DNA of 22,898 nt, from sequence record DRR378314_109. One strand, 5' to 3'. Of the stretch, positions 1-9,096 are shown in pieces (the first letter of the stretch is position 1; every line of letters begins with the position of its first letter). The translations under genes and the position numbers were made by a program. The notes beneath the pieces are model-generated. The model was not told the origin of the DNA. It searched no databases and saw only the letters and a program-made list of their open reading frames with translations.

Positions 1-1
1 G

Positions 2-814
2 GCAGATGCCCGCAGGCGCAACGAGGTGCGCATCACCATTTCGTCCTCCATGGCAGAGCTTGCCGGGATGGAAGTGCAGCTTTCACAGCGCTACGGAATT
101 CAGGATGTCATTGTCTGTCCCTCAAACGAAGCCGTCCCAGACCCGACGCAATCCATCGCGGCTTCTGCCGGTGCCTATGTAAGTGGGATGATGCAACCCG
201 GTATGTCGGTTGGTGTCGGATGGGGGAAAACCCTTCATTCGATGTTGCAATTCATCGAAAGCCAGACCCTGAGCGATCTGAGTGTGGTGTCCCTGCTTGG
301 CGGGTTTTCGCACGTCCGGCATTTTAACCCGGCGGATTTCGCCTGGCGTTTTGCGGAGCTGTTCCAAGGGGAGGGGTATCTTGTCCCGGCGCCAGCGCTT
401 GTTGATAGCCCGGAAACAAGGCGCGCATTAATCGAACGCTGCGGGATTGGTGAGGTTTTTGCTAAAGCCCACAATCTTGATATGGTGTTGTTGTCGGTAG
501 GCGGAATTGCTCAGGGGGCGACCTCTTTTCAAACCGGTTATCTGACCGATGCCGAACGTGAGGATCTTAAAGCCGCCGGTGCCACGGGGGATCTATTATA
601 TAATTTCATCGATGTCGACGGGCGTTTGATCGACCATCCGGTGAACGACCGCACCATCTCGGTAAGTCTGGAACAGCTTGCAAATGCGAAGGCGCGGATC
701 ATCGTGTCCGGTGGCCCTGAAAAGGTCGAAGTGCTGCATGGTGCAATTGCAGCCATTCGCCCTTCCGCTCTGGTGACGGATGACGCCAGTGCCAGAACTC
801 TTCTGGCGATGTAA
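2..814 (+). CDS. SorC/DeoR-family sugar(-phosphate)-binding transcriptional regulator, 5'-truncated by the window edge
   Basis: The frame is open from base 2 (ADARRRNEVRITI, the end of the HTH region). Sugar-binding domain motifs: VGVGWGKTL, PAPALVDS, LLSVGGI, GATGDLL, SGGPEKVEVLHGAI, LVTD. Confidence 0.88.
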   Translation, partial: ADARRRNEVRITISSSMAELAGMEVQLSQRYGIQDVIVCPSNEAVPDPTQSIAASAGAYVSGMMQPGMSVGVGWGKTLHSMLQFIESQTLSDLSVVSLLGGFSHVRHFNPADFAWRFAELFQGEGYLVPAPALVDSPETRRALIERCGIGEVFAKAHNLDMVLLSVGGIAQGATSFQTGYLTDAEREDLKAAGATGDLLYNFIDVDGRLIDHPVNDRTISVSLEQLANAKARIIVSGGPEKVEVLHGAIAAIRPSALVTDDASARTLLAM

Positions 815-870
815 CAGTGCCAATTTGCTGTCGGGAGCGCGATACAATACTTGACCGAAACCCCGAATAG

Positions 871-901
871 GAACATTAGTATAGTAGCGAAACGATTGTT
901 C
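871..901. promoter_or_regulatory. Candidate SorC-family operator (GAACA-N21-TGTTC) upstream of the hypothetical gene pair
   Basis: GAACATTAGTATAGTAGCGAAACGATTGTTC, with a TTGACC -35-like hexamer at 851-856. Resembles the sites at 4046 and 11673. Confidence 0.5.
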
Positions 902-935
902 AGCACCCTCTAAAACAGAAACTAATGAGAGTTCG

Positions 936-1613
936 ATGATTTCGGGAACCCTGCCTATCAAAGACCTTCTGCGTGGGCTGCGCTCTGGCATGACGGCGGG
1001 GCGGGTTGCCATTGATCCCTTGAGCCGGGATTTCCCCGGACCTCTACGTGATGTTGTGGACGGTCTGGATATCATTGCCACACGGCTTGAGGCGACAACA
1101 TCACGTTTGGCCCATAGTATTCTGGATGATGGAGCAACGTCACGGAAAGGGTTCGGCTGGACCTTGCAAACGCTGGCAATGCACCCGAACGGCGCGACAA
1201 TCTTTGCGCAATTGGCCTACGGTGCCCTTGGTGCTGCATATTCACGATTTGCGCAACAACCCGCGCTGGTGAGCGAAACCCTCGCCGCACAGGCGTTTCA
1301 GGCCGCGATGAGTGCAACATCTGCGGATCGAAGCGCGCTGCCTGCTGAACTTCTTCTTCAACTGATAAGCACCGAAGTCATTCGTTCGGTGCCTTTGGCG
1401 ACTCTTTCACAGCAGAAAGACGATTCCGCCATACTTGCCTATACCGCTTTTGTGATCCTGCTCTGTGTGGAGCGCGCCTCCGAGAGTGAAGAAACTGATC
1501 TGCTTGATCTATGTTGCGACACTGCGCCGCTGATAGCGCGGAAATTCCGTTTTGACCCTGATGAACGTTCCGCTTTGCGTGCCGCGATCGCGGATTGCGC
1601 GCGCTTGATTTGA
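936..1613 (+). CDS. Hypothetical protein (225 aa, probably helical)
   Basis: Long ORF with GAGAG upstream of the ATG. It fills the gap between neighbours and is 12 bp from the next ORF. No recognised catalytic motif. Confidence 0.75.
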   Translation: MISGTLPIKDLLRGLRSGMTAGRVAIDPLSRDFPGPLRDVVDGLDIIATRLEATTSRLAHSILDDGATSRKGFGWTLQTLAMHPNGATIFAQLAYGALGAAYSRFAQQPALVSETLAAQAFQAAMSATSADRSALPAELLLQLISTEVIRSVPLATLSQQKDDSAILAYTAFVILLCVERASESEETDLLDLCCDTAPLIARKFRFDPDERSALRAAIADCARLI

Positions 1614-1625
1614 GAGGTTCCTGCC

Positions 1626-2831
1626 ATGACGCTTCCTGCCCCTGAACTCCTCCTGACGCCGAACACGCAAGTCAGACGTGCGGTTCGCAGGTTGCGCTGG
1701 TTTCGTCGTGCTTTTCTTGAACAGGTGGCGGTTATCTCCGAAGATTGCGGCATTCCCTTCGACGTCGATACCATTCGGCTGGCGGATGCCTTCCTTGAAT
1801 GGAGCGCCGCCTTCGAGCGTAAGAAACCAACATCCCGCGCGGACAAGCGCCGCTATGTTGATCATGTTTCCGGGTTGATGCTTGAGCAATTGCTGCGAAA
1901 GGCCCCTCTATCGGCCAGATGCGGGGACAAGACTCCAAACGATGCGACCCCTGCCCAATTCTGGCCAGAGGGCTATGCCTGCGTGGTCTTCTGTCTGAAC
2001 GTGCGTGCGGCTGTGCTGGCGCAAGATTTCGGAGAGCAGGTTGAAGATGCGCCCCAGATGGAGAGCCTGCGCGATTGGATGAGCTTTCGTGAAAACGTGG
2101 CGGAAACACCAGAAAACGCGATCAGTTTCCTTCAACATTTCGCGGGACTAAAGCCGGACTGGCAATTTCCCAGCCTGTTTCAACCATCGCCCCGTCAATC
2201 ACCGCCACAACTGACATTGGTTCACGCACCCAGCCAGCCTGTTCTGCAAACATTGCCTGCAGATCTTTCACTGGTCGTTTTCGATTTGAATGCGATTTCC
2301 AATAGCCGTGCACTGGTGGCTCAGGCATTGGCACATGTGCTGGGGCGCTACGGCTACACCCTGTCGGATGAATTGATCGATCAACCGCTTGCCGCAGCGA
2401 TGACATTTGTCGCATTGCGAAGTGGGAAGCTATGTCCGGGCAGTTTTACTGAATATTTCCGCAATGCCATGTCCGAAATATTTGCTGCTCAACTTCAACT
2501 ATCCCCGTTAGCCCAAGGTGTTTTGGCCGAGCTTTCAAGTAAAGGCGTGAAACTTCGCATTGCTGTAGACGATAGCAAAATATCTGTATCCGAGGTCGCA
2601 AACTTGCTTTCGCCAGATGGGCATATCGGCTTCTATGAAGCGCCAGAGCCTGAAGGGCGTATTGCATCCGGCAAGGCGAGGCTCTGGGTCAGCGCCGATG
2701 CCCCGCGGCTTCAATCCGCGCGCAAAAACGGGTTTCAAACACTCGGGATTGCAGATCAGGACGGGCGTAAGCCGGAATATTCGGACCAGACCATTCTGTC
2801 CCTGACGGAATTCCCGGAACTTCCCCGCTAG
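1626..2831 (+). CDS. Hypothetical protein: unknown N-terminal domain plus degenerate C-terminal HAD-IA-like domain
   Basis: GAGG RBS. A Pro/Gln-rich linker (FQPSPRQSPPQ) is followed by LVVFDLNAISNS (HAD motif-I-like) and RLQSARKNGFQTLGI...ILSLTEFPEL (HAD-IA-like C-terminus). Confidence 0.75.
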   Translation: MTLPAPELLLTPNTQVRRAVRRLRWFRRAFLEQVAVISEDCGIPFDVDTIRLADAFLEWSAAFERKKPTSRADKRRYVDHVSGLMLEQLLRKAPLSARCGDKTPNDATPAQFWPEGYACVVFCLNVRAAVLAQDFGEQVEDAPQMESLRDWMSFRENVAETPENAISFLQHFAGLKPDWQFPSLFQPSPRQSPPQLTLVHAPSQPVLQTLPADLSLVVFDLNAISNSRALVAQALAHVLGRYGYTLSDELIDQPLAAAMTFVALRSGKLCPGSFTEYFRNAMSEIFAAQLQLSPLAQGVLAELSSKGVKLRIAVDDSKISVSEVANLLSPDGHIGFYEAPEPEGRIASGKARLWVSADAPRLQSARKNGFQTLGIADQDGRKPEYSDQTILSLTEFPELPR

Positions 2832-2989
2832 TTAGTGGAAAGGCAGGTATTTTCCATTCGGGCGAAACAACTCGCGATCCCGCTTTAATGGGCTGAATTG
2901 AACGCATAAGCCAACTCAGACCGGTGTGAAGTATCAGTCAGGGTTGTGTCCGTCAGGGATTTACGGTCGATACCCCTGATGAACCCAGG

Positions 2990-3949
2990 CTATTCTAAAA
3001 GCTTACTTGCGGTTTCTGTATCGGTAACAAGTATTTCAGTTGTCACGGCCTTCAACGCAGCATGGATTGCTTCGACCTTGTGCCGCCCGCCCGCCGCCAG
3101 AACAACACGTGGAATGGCCGAAACTTCCGTTGGCGTAAGTGCCATGATCCGCGAGTTGATTTCATGATCAACCAATTGCCCGTCGGCATCGATGAAATAG
3201 CACAATATATTTGCAACAGCATTCTGCGCGCGCAGTTCTTCTGCGGTTGTTGCAGGCACGATACCGTAGTTGAACACAGTGGCAGTGGGTGCAATTTCTC
3301 CAACTGTCAAAAGCGCAAGGTCGGCCTTCTTTGCGCGTGCCCGCACTTCACCCAATAGCGGCTGGTCCCAAAGCCTTTGGCAGAGTTCGGCGCTATCGAC
3401 CAGAACGGGTGCTGTGATCTGATAGCTGTCCACACCAAGTCGGGTGGCCATGCTGGAAGCAACAATCGATGGGTTGATCCATTGCGAGTGGGGCAGGGAC
3501 CCGACAAGCCCGACAACAGTTGCATCATTCAATTCGCGCCGGTACATGAAGCTGAGACTTGAGTGAAGCGTCGCGCCACCGCCGACAGCGAGGGTCATAC
3601 CGTCAGTCATATTTGTGTTCAGGAAATTTGCGACAGCATGACCAATATAACGTTCCGTGTGCCGCGGATCGCGGGGCGTGGGTACAACAATCGCACTTTT
3701 GAGGCCCCATCGGTCCTCCAATTGGCGTTCAAGGGCGATTTGTTCCGAAGAGGCCGCATTGATTGTCGTGACAATGACATTTCGCTCTATGCTGGCGGCG
3801 AGCGACCGCACAACCTTGATACGGCTGACTTGTAACTCTTGCGCAATCGCTTCCTGTGTCATGCCTTCGACATGATACTGCCACGCAATTTTTACATCCA
3901 AGTCTGATGATGTCAGCGGGCCACGGGGGTCCCTGATTCGTGATGTCAT
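2990..3949 (-). CDS. SorC/DeoR-family transcriptional regulator
   Basis: N-terminal HTH IAWQYHVEGMTQEAIAQELQVSRIKVVRSL, plus LAVGGGATL, AAGGRHKVEAIHAAL and LVTD. Start at 3949 chosen for the AAGGGG upstream; 3979 is an alternative. Confidence 0.9.
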   Translation of the reverse strand: MTSRIRDPRGPLTSSDLDVKIAWQYHVEGMTQEAIAQELQVSRIKVVRSLAASIERNVIVTTINAASSEQIALERQLEDRWGLKSAIVVPTPRDPRHTERYIGHAVANFLNTNMTDGMTLAVGGGATLHSSLSFMYRRELNDATVVGLVGSLPHSQWINPSIVASSMATRLGVDSYQITAPVLVDSAELCQRLWDQPLLGEVRARAKKADLALLTVGEIAPTATVFNYGIVPATTAEELRAQNAVANILCYFIDADGQLVDHEINSRIMALTPTEVSAIPRVVLAAGGRHKVEAIHAALKAVTTEILVTDTETASKLLE

Positions 3950-4045
3950 CGTCGCCGGCCCCTTTGTCACGTCTGCCATGTCTTAATCTGTGCAGCAAAA
4001 AGTCTATAGGCTTCATTCCCAAATTCCCCACTTTTTGCAGAATTC

Positions 4046-4077
4046 GATCATTTGTAATTGACTAGTATCAAATGTTC
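4046..4077. promoter_or_regulatory. Candidate SorC-family operator overlapping the ABC-operon promoter
   Basis: GATCATTTG-N14-CAAATGTTC inverted repeat (8/9 match) containing a TTGACT -35-like hexamer at 4058-4063. Lies in the divergent regulator/ABC intergenic region. Confidence 0.65.
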
Positions 4078-4161
4078 GTGCTTCATCTTGCTTGTCTCAC
4101 TTAGACCCAAGAGGCAAAAAGGGCGGCGATGTGCTGCCGACGACAGTTGGAGGAATACCGA

Positions 4162-5154
4162 ATGACTGAAGACTTCAAACCGAAGACAGTACTTCTCGCG
4201 AGCACAATTATTGCCACGATGGCTTTTTCCAGTGCCGCTTTCGCCGAGAAGCTTGTTCTTTATACGTCGCAACCCGATGCTGATGCCGCTGCGACCGTCG
4301 CAGCATTCGAAGCGCAGAACCCCGACGCTGATGTCGAAGTGTTCCGCTCTGGCACCAGCGATCTGCTCAGCAAGCTGGCCGCGGAGTTCGCCGCCGGTAG
4401 CCCACAGCCGGATGTATTGTTGATTGCGGATGCCGTCAGCATGGAAGGTCTCAAGGCCGACGACCGCCTGATGGCCTATGCCGATGCCAACACCGAAGGT
4501 TTTGATCCCAACGCAATCGACCCCGATAAATTCTATTTCGGCAGCAAGCTGATCACCACCGGAATTGCCTACAATACGGGCGCAAGCGAGCAGCCGGAGC
4601 ATTGGTCCGATCTCACCGGTGACGCTTATAAAAACCTCGTCGTCATGCCGAGCCCGCTTTACTCCGGGGCCGCCGCCTTTCTGCTTTCAACCTTTGCAGA
4701 GCGTGAAGATCTGGGGTGGCAGTATTTCGAGGACATGCAGGCAAACGGTCTTTCCGCCGTACGTGGCAACGGCTCTGTATTGAAATCTGTGGCCACTGGT
4801 GAGAATGCCTATGGTATCCTTGTTGACTTCCTGGCCATGAACGCGATCAAAGATGGATCCCCGATCAAATTCGTCTTCCCCGAAGAAGGGGTGACAGCGG
4901 TAACCGAGCCAGTGGCCATCATGGCGACGGCTTCGAATGTCGAAGGGGCCAAGAAGTTCGTCGATTTTATTCTGTCTGATGAAGGGCAAAAACTTGCGCT
5001 TAGCCAAGGCTACCTGCCCGCAAAGGCCAGCGTCGGTACCCCTGACTGGATGCCTGAAGGTGTCGAGGTCAAGGTGATGGATGCCAATGTTGGCGAGATT
5101 GTCACAAAGATCGATGACAACAAAAAGCGTTTCTCAACGCTGTTTGGCGGATAA
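4162..5154 (+). CDS. ABC transporter substrate-binding protein (AfuA/FbpA-like)
   Basis: GGAGGA RBS before ATG 4162. Signal peptide ends in AFA-E. Motifs LVLYTS, PDVL, FVFPEEG, AKKFVDFILSDEGQ. Confidence 0.9.
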   Translation: MTEDFKPKTVLLASTIIATMAFSSAAFAEKLVLYTSQPDADAAATVAAFEAQNPDADVEVFRSGTSDLLSKLAAEFAAGSPQPDVLLIADAVSMEGLKADDRLMAYADANTEGFDPNAIDPDKFYFGSKLITTGIAYNTGASEQPEHWSDLTGDAYKNLVVMPSPLYSGAAAFLLSTFAEREDLGWQYFEDMQANGLSAVRGNGSVLKSVATGENAYGILVDFLAMNAIKDGSPIKFVFPEEGVTAVTEPVAIMATASNVEGAKKFVDFILSDEGQKLALSQGYLPAKASVGTPDWMPEGVEVKVMDANVGEIVTKIDDNKKRFSTLFGG

Positions 5155-5163
5155 GGCACGACA

Positions 5164-6867
5164 ATGCATCTGTCTGTAAGGGGCGGTCGGGGCCAGTCAA
5201 TGGCCCTGACAACGATGATCTTTGCCATCATCGCATTGTTTTCCCTCCTCCCCATGATCCGGCTTCTGCAAGAAGTCATTCTGCCCGGCGGCACGTTTTC
5301 GACGGAAGCGATCCGATCCGGTCTTGGCGACCCGGTTGTGTGGCGTGCGACGTGGAACACAATCGTGGTCGGGGTCGGTGGCACCGTTGTAGCTGTCCTT
5401 TTGGGTGTGGTTGTTTCAATCATCGTCACGCTGACCAACATTCGGATGACACAGACGTTGATCCTCTTCTTCGTCACCCCTTTGATGATCGCACCACAGG
5501 TAACAGCGCTTGCCTGGTTGCAACTATTCGGTCCTTCCAGCGCCTTTCTCAACGCTTTCGGTTTGGCCCCGCCACTGGGCACCCCAAACCCCTTGTATTC
5601 CGCCGGTGGCATCATTGCGCTTCTGGGGATACAATATGCGCCGCTGGTTTTTCTTATTCTGCGTGCTGGCCTGCGAAAGTTGCCGCGAGAACTGGTTGAG
5701 GCGGCACAGGCCGGTGGGGCAGGGCCTTTTCGCGTCATTGGCACCATCGTATTGCCGCTTATGACCCCCTCAATCGTAGGGGCGGCTGCCCTGACTTTCG
5801 TGTCATGTGTCGGCAACTTTGGCATCCCCGCGTTTCTCGGTATTCCGGCCAACTATCTGGTTCTGCCAACCTTGATCTTTCAACGCCTTGCAGGTGGTGG
5901 ACCGGCTGTGCTGTCCGAGGTGGCCTACCTTTCAGCGCTCATTGGCGTGCTGGCTATGGCAGGTATCGTGCTGCAGGATTACATCAGCCGCCGCCGCGAC
6001 TTCCGCATCACCACAACTTCGCTTCCGATTGACCGCTACAATCTCGGCATCTGGCGGATTCCGATGGAAGCGGCGATGTGGCTGCTCATTGCTGTGATCT
6101 TGGTTTTGCCGATGTGCGGGTTGATCCTTACCTCTTTGGTACGGGGCTACGGTGTTGTTCTAAGCGCGGATACCGTGACGCTTGAGAACTATCGTTTCAT
6201 CCTGTTTGAACACACCGCCGCCAGACGGGCCTTCGTAAACAGCCTTATGTTGTCAGTCACCGCAGCTGTCTTTGCCGTCTTTGTCGCGGTGCCTGTTGGT
6301 TATTTGATCGCCTGGGGCAAGCAGAAGTGGATCAAATGGCTGAACTTCGCAATCGAGCTGCCCTATGCGCTGCCCGGTGTGGTCTTGGCAATTGCATCGC
6401 TTTTACTGTTTCTGAAACCGATTCCGGTCATTGGTATCCAGATTTACAACACGGTCTGGATTATCCTGTTTGCCTATCTGGCACGGTTTCTGGTGCTGGC
6501 AATCCGCCCTACCGTCAACGGCTACGCCCAGCTTGACCGTACCTTGGAAGAGGCCGCAGAAATTGCCGGGGCAAGCCTCTTCATGCGGTTGCGCACCATT
6601 ATCTTCCCATTGGTGGCACCCGCAGCGATGGCCGGCGGCCTGTTGATCTTCATGACCGCATTAAGCGAACTGACCGTTTCTGCGCTGCTCTGGTCGTCGG
6701 GCTCTGAAACGATTGGTGTCGTTATCTTCTCGTTCGAGCAAGGCGGGGATTCCAAATACGCCTCCGCTCTTTCCGCGGTGATCGTTGCGGTCACCTTCCT
6801 CATTATGCTGGGTGTGAACACCTTTGCACATAAACTTCCAGACGGAGTGCTGCCATGGCGGGACTAA
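5164..6867 (+). CDS. ABC transporter permease (fused double-domain, FbpB/AfuB type)
   Basis: Many hydrophobic segments and two EAA loops (ELVEAAQAGGA, TLEEAAEIAGA). Confidence 0.92.
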   Translation: MHLSVRGGRGQSMALTTMIFAIIALFSLLPMIRLLQEVILPGGTFSTEAIRSGLGDPVVWRATWNTIVVGVGGTVVAVLLGVVVSIIVTLTNIRMTQTLILFFVTPLMIAPQVTALAWLQLFGPSSAFLNAFGLAPPLGTPNPLYSAGGIIALLGIQYAPLVFLILRAGLRKLPRELVEAAQAGGAGPFRVIGTIVLPLMTPSIVGAAALTFVSCVGNFGIPAFLGIPANYLVLPTLIFQRLAGGGPAVLSEVAYLSALIGVLAMAGIVLQDYISRRRDFRITTTSLPIDRYNLGIWRIPMEAAMWLLIAVILVLPMCGLILTSLVRGYGVVLSADTVTLENYRFILFEHTAARRAFVNSLMLSVTAAVFAVFVAVPVGYLIAWGKQKWIKWLNFAIELPYALPGVVLAIASLLLFLKPIPVIGIQIYNTVWIILFAYLARFLVLAIRPTVNGYAQLDRTLEEAAEIAGASLFMRLRTIIFPLVAPAAMAGGLLIFMTALSELTVSALLWSSGSETIGVVIFSFEQGGDSKYASALSAVIVAVTFLIMLGVNTFAHKLPDGVLPWRD

Positions 6868-7934
6868 CAATTCGAAACCTGTCCAAAGTCTTTGGCGAGT
6901 TCGAGGCACTGAAAAATGTGTCAATTACAGTAAATTCAGGAGAGTTTCTGGCTGTGCTCGGCCCCTCTGGCTGCGGCAAAACCACCCTTCTGCGGATGAT
7001 AGCCGGGTTTGAAAATGTGAATGCCGGCGAAATCGACATCGCAGGCCAGCTCGTATCCCAGCCCGGCAAAGAGGTCCCGCCAAATGAACGGCGCATCGGG
7101 ATTGTGTTTCAGAACTACGCGCTCTGGCCGCATATGACCGTGGCCGAGAACATCGGATATTCCCTTCGGGTGGCGAAAGTCGAGGCATCTGAAGCCAAAC
7201 GCAGGGTCGATGAGGCTCTTGCTCTGGTTAATCTGGATGGCATGGGAGATCGTGCCCCCGCCAACCTTTCAGGTGGGCAACGTCAACGCGTAGCGCTTGC
7301 GCGCTGCCTTGTGGCAGAACCCAAACTGGTTCTGTTTGACGAACCGCTGGCAAACCTTGATGTGCATCTGCGCGCATCCATGGAAGACGAGTTTGCCGCC
7401 TTCCACGAACGCACCGGAACAACGATTGTTTACATCACGCACGATCAGGCCGAAGCCATGGCGCTGGCGGACCGGATTGCGGTGATGGATCATGGTGTGT
7501 TGATGCAACTTGATACGCCGGAAACCATCTATCACCGCCCGGCGAACGAGATGGTCGCGTCCTTCATCTCTCAGGGCATGGTGATGCCGGTGACTGTGAA
7601 CAGTAAAGAGGCTGACGGCCATTGCGATGCAACCTTGCTTGGTCAACCAATCCGGCTGAACTGTTCCGCCGGGGACGGGCCGCGGCAAGGGGCAAAGGTT
7701 TGCTGCCGTGCAGAACATGTGCGTGTTGCCGAACCTGACGGCGAAGGTATCGACGGGTACATCAAACGGGTCGTTTACCAAGGTGGCGCTGCCCGCATTG
7801 AGTTCGTACCGGATGCCGAAAAAGAAACCTCCATCCAATTTGACCAACCGGACCCGCAGCCCTTTGTGACTGGGGATCGCGCACGGATTCAACTGACCGG
7901 TGGATGGTTGATCCCTGCACAAAGTGCGGCCTGA
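6855..7934 (+). CDS. ABC transporter ATP-binding protein (FbpC/PotA-like)
   Basis: Walker A GPSGCGKT, signature LSGGQRQR, Walker B VLFDEP, H-loop ITHD. Overlaps the permease by 13 nt. Confidence 0.95.
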   Translation: MAGLTIRNLSKVFGEFEALKNVSITVNSGEFLAVLGPSGCGKTTLLRMIAGFENVNAGEIDIAGQLVSQPGKEVPPNERRIGIVFQNYALWPHMTVAENIGYSLRVAKVEASEAKRRVDEALALVNLDGMGDRAPANLSGGQRQRVALARCLVAEPKLVLFDEPLANLDVHLRASMEDEFAAFHERTGTTIVYITHDQAEAMALADRIAVMDHGVLMQLDTPETIYHRPANEMVASFISQGMVMPVTVNSKEADGHCDATLLGQPIRLNCSAGDGPRQGAKVCCRAEHVRVAEPDGEGIDGYIKRVVYQGGAARIEFVPDAEKETSIQFDQPDPQPFVTGDRARIQLTGGWLIPAQSAA

Positions 7935-9085
7935 TGCAAAGACTACACCTACAAGGCGGCTTTGGAGAAAAGGGCCGCACCAGCGTTCTGATCGATGATG
8001 GTGAAAGCCGCGTGATGCTGGATGCAGGCATCAAAGTTGGGGCGGCACCCAAGGACTATCACCCTCAACTTGCCTGCGCTGCCAGTGAGATCGACGCGCT
8101 TTTCATCACCCATGCCCACGAGGATCACATTGGCGCACTCTGCTGGTTGATCGGCCAAGGCTTTACCGGGCCGGTTTTCATGACGCCCACGACGCGTGCT
8201 GAAATGAACGCCACCCTTGATCAATATGCCCATGTTTCTGACCTTGCCCGTTTTCCATCCTCAAACGCCATGATAGAGCTTTTTTTGCCGGGTGACACAC
8301 TTTCCTTTGCAAAGCAAAAGATCAAAACCGGTCATACCGGTCATGTTGCGGGCGGCGTCTGGTTTTCGGTGGAGAGCGGCGGTAAACGGACATTGTATTG
8401 TGGGGATGTGGTGCCCGAAAGCGCGGTCTTTCCGATGACTGCTATGCCAGAATGCGACATGATGTTGCTGGATTGCTCGTACGGCGATGATGGCATCCCG
8501 GCCTCTGAAAGAGCGAAGCAGATTGTTGAATGGGTTCTGGCGCGGCCAGAAGGGGCGGTTTTACCAACACCCCTTTCAGGCCGCTCATTGGAGCTGTTGG
8601 CGATCCTGCCAAGGCCGCTGGCGATTGCAGACGTGATGTATGAGCCGCTCAAAGCGCAAATCGCCGACCCCTCGCTGCTGAGACCAGGTGCCGCGGAACG
8701 CATCACTGCTCGGCTTGACACCGCGCGCCGCTGGCATCCGGGCAGCCCATTGCCTGCCTGTCCGCTTTTGGTGCATGACGGAATGGGCTCGGCTGGTCCC
8801 GCGACACTGGCCCTGGAAATGGCAGAACAGAAGGGGCATCCTGTTCTTCTTTCAGGCCATCTTCCCGAAGGTTCTCCTGCGCACCGGATGCGCGAACAGG
8901 GCCGCGCCGATTGGTTTCGCCTGCCAACCCATCCAACCTTACCGCAGAACAAGTTGCTTTGGGAAAACTCAGGTCGGCCACGACTATTGGGGCATTCAAG
9001 TGAAGCAAAGTTGTTGAACGCGATGCAACAGGCTCTACCCGCTTTGGTTACAACAGCCGTGACCGGCGACAGCATAGAATTTTGA
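7934..9085 (+). CDS. Metallo-beta-lactamase-fold hydrolase with beta-CASP-like motifs
   Basis: TGATG overlap with the ATPase stop. Motifs LDAG, THAHEDHIG, GHVAGG, YCGD, DCSYG, GRSLELL, DGMG, SGHLPEGS, PTHP, LLGH. Confidence 0.85.
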   Translation: MQRLHLQGGFGEKGRTSVLIDDGESRVMLDAGIKVGAAPKDYHPQLACAASEIDALFITHAHEDHIGALCWLIGQGFTGPVFMTPTTRAEMNATLDQYAHVSDLARFPSSNAMIELFLPGDTLSFAKQKIKTGHTGHVAGGVWFSVESGGKRTLYCGDVVPESAVFPMTAMPECDMMLLDCSYGDDGIPASERAKQIVEWVLARPEGAVLPTPLSGRSLELLAILPRPLAIADVMYEPLKAQIADPSLLRPGAAERITARLDTARRWHPGSPLPACPLLVHDGMGSAGPATLALEMAEQKGHPVLLSGHLPEGSPAHRMREQGRADWFRLPTHPTLPQNKLLWENSGRPRLLGHSSEAKLLNAMQQALPALVTTAVTGDSIEF

Positions 9086-9096
9086 CAGGACATAAT

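Noticed and set aside
2832-2989. Imperfect hairpins between ORF1626 and the second regulator (TGGAAA/TTTCCA; TCAGGG/CCCTGA)
   Set aside because: Stems are short or interrupted, with no convincing U-tract.
4162-7934. Calling the ABC system an Fe3+ transporter (fbpABC)
   Set aside because: No Tyr-Tyr iron ligands in the SBP, and the context is phosphatases and SorC regulators.
7934-9085. Antibiotic-resistance beta-lactamase, or anti-phage nuclease
   Set aside because: No signal peptide, beta-CASP-like motifs, coupling to a nutrient importer, and no defence-type neighbours.
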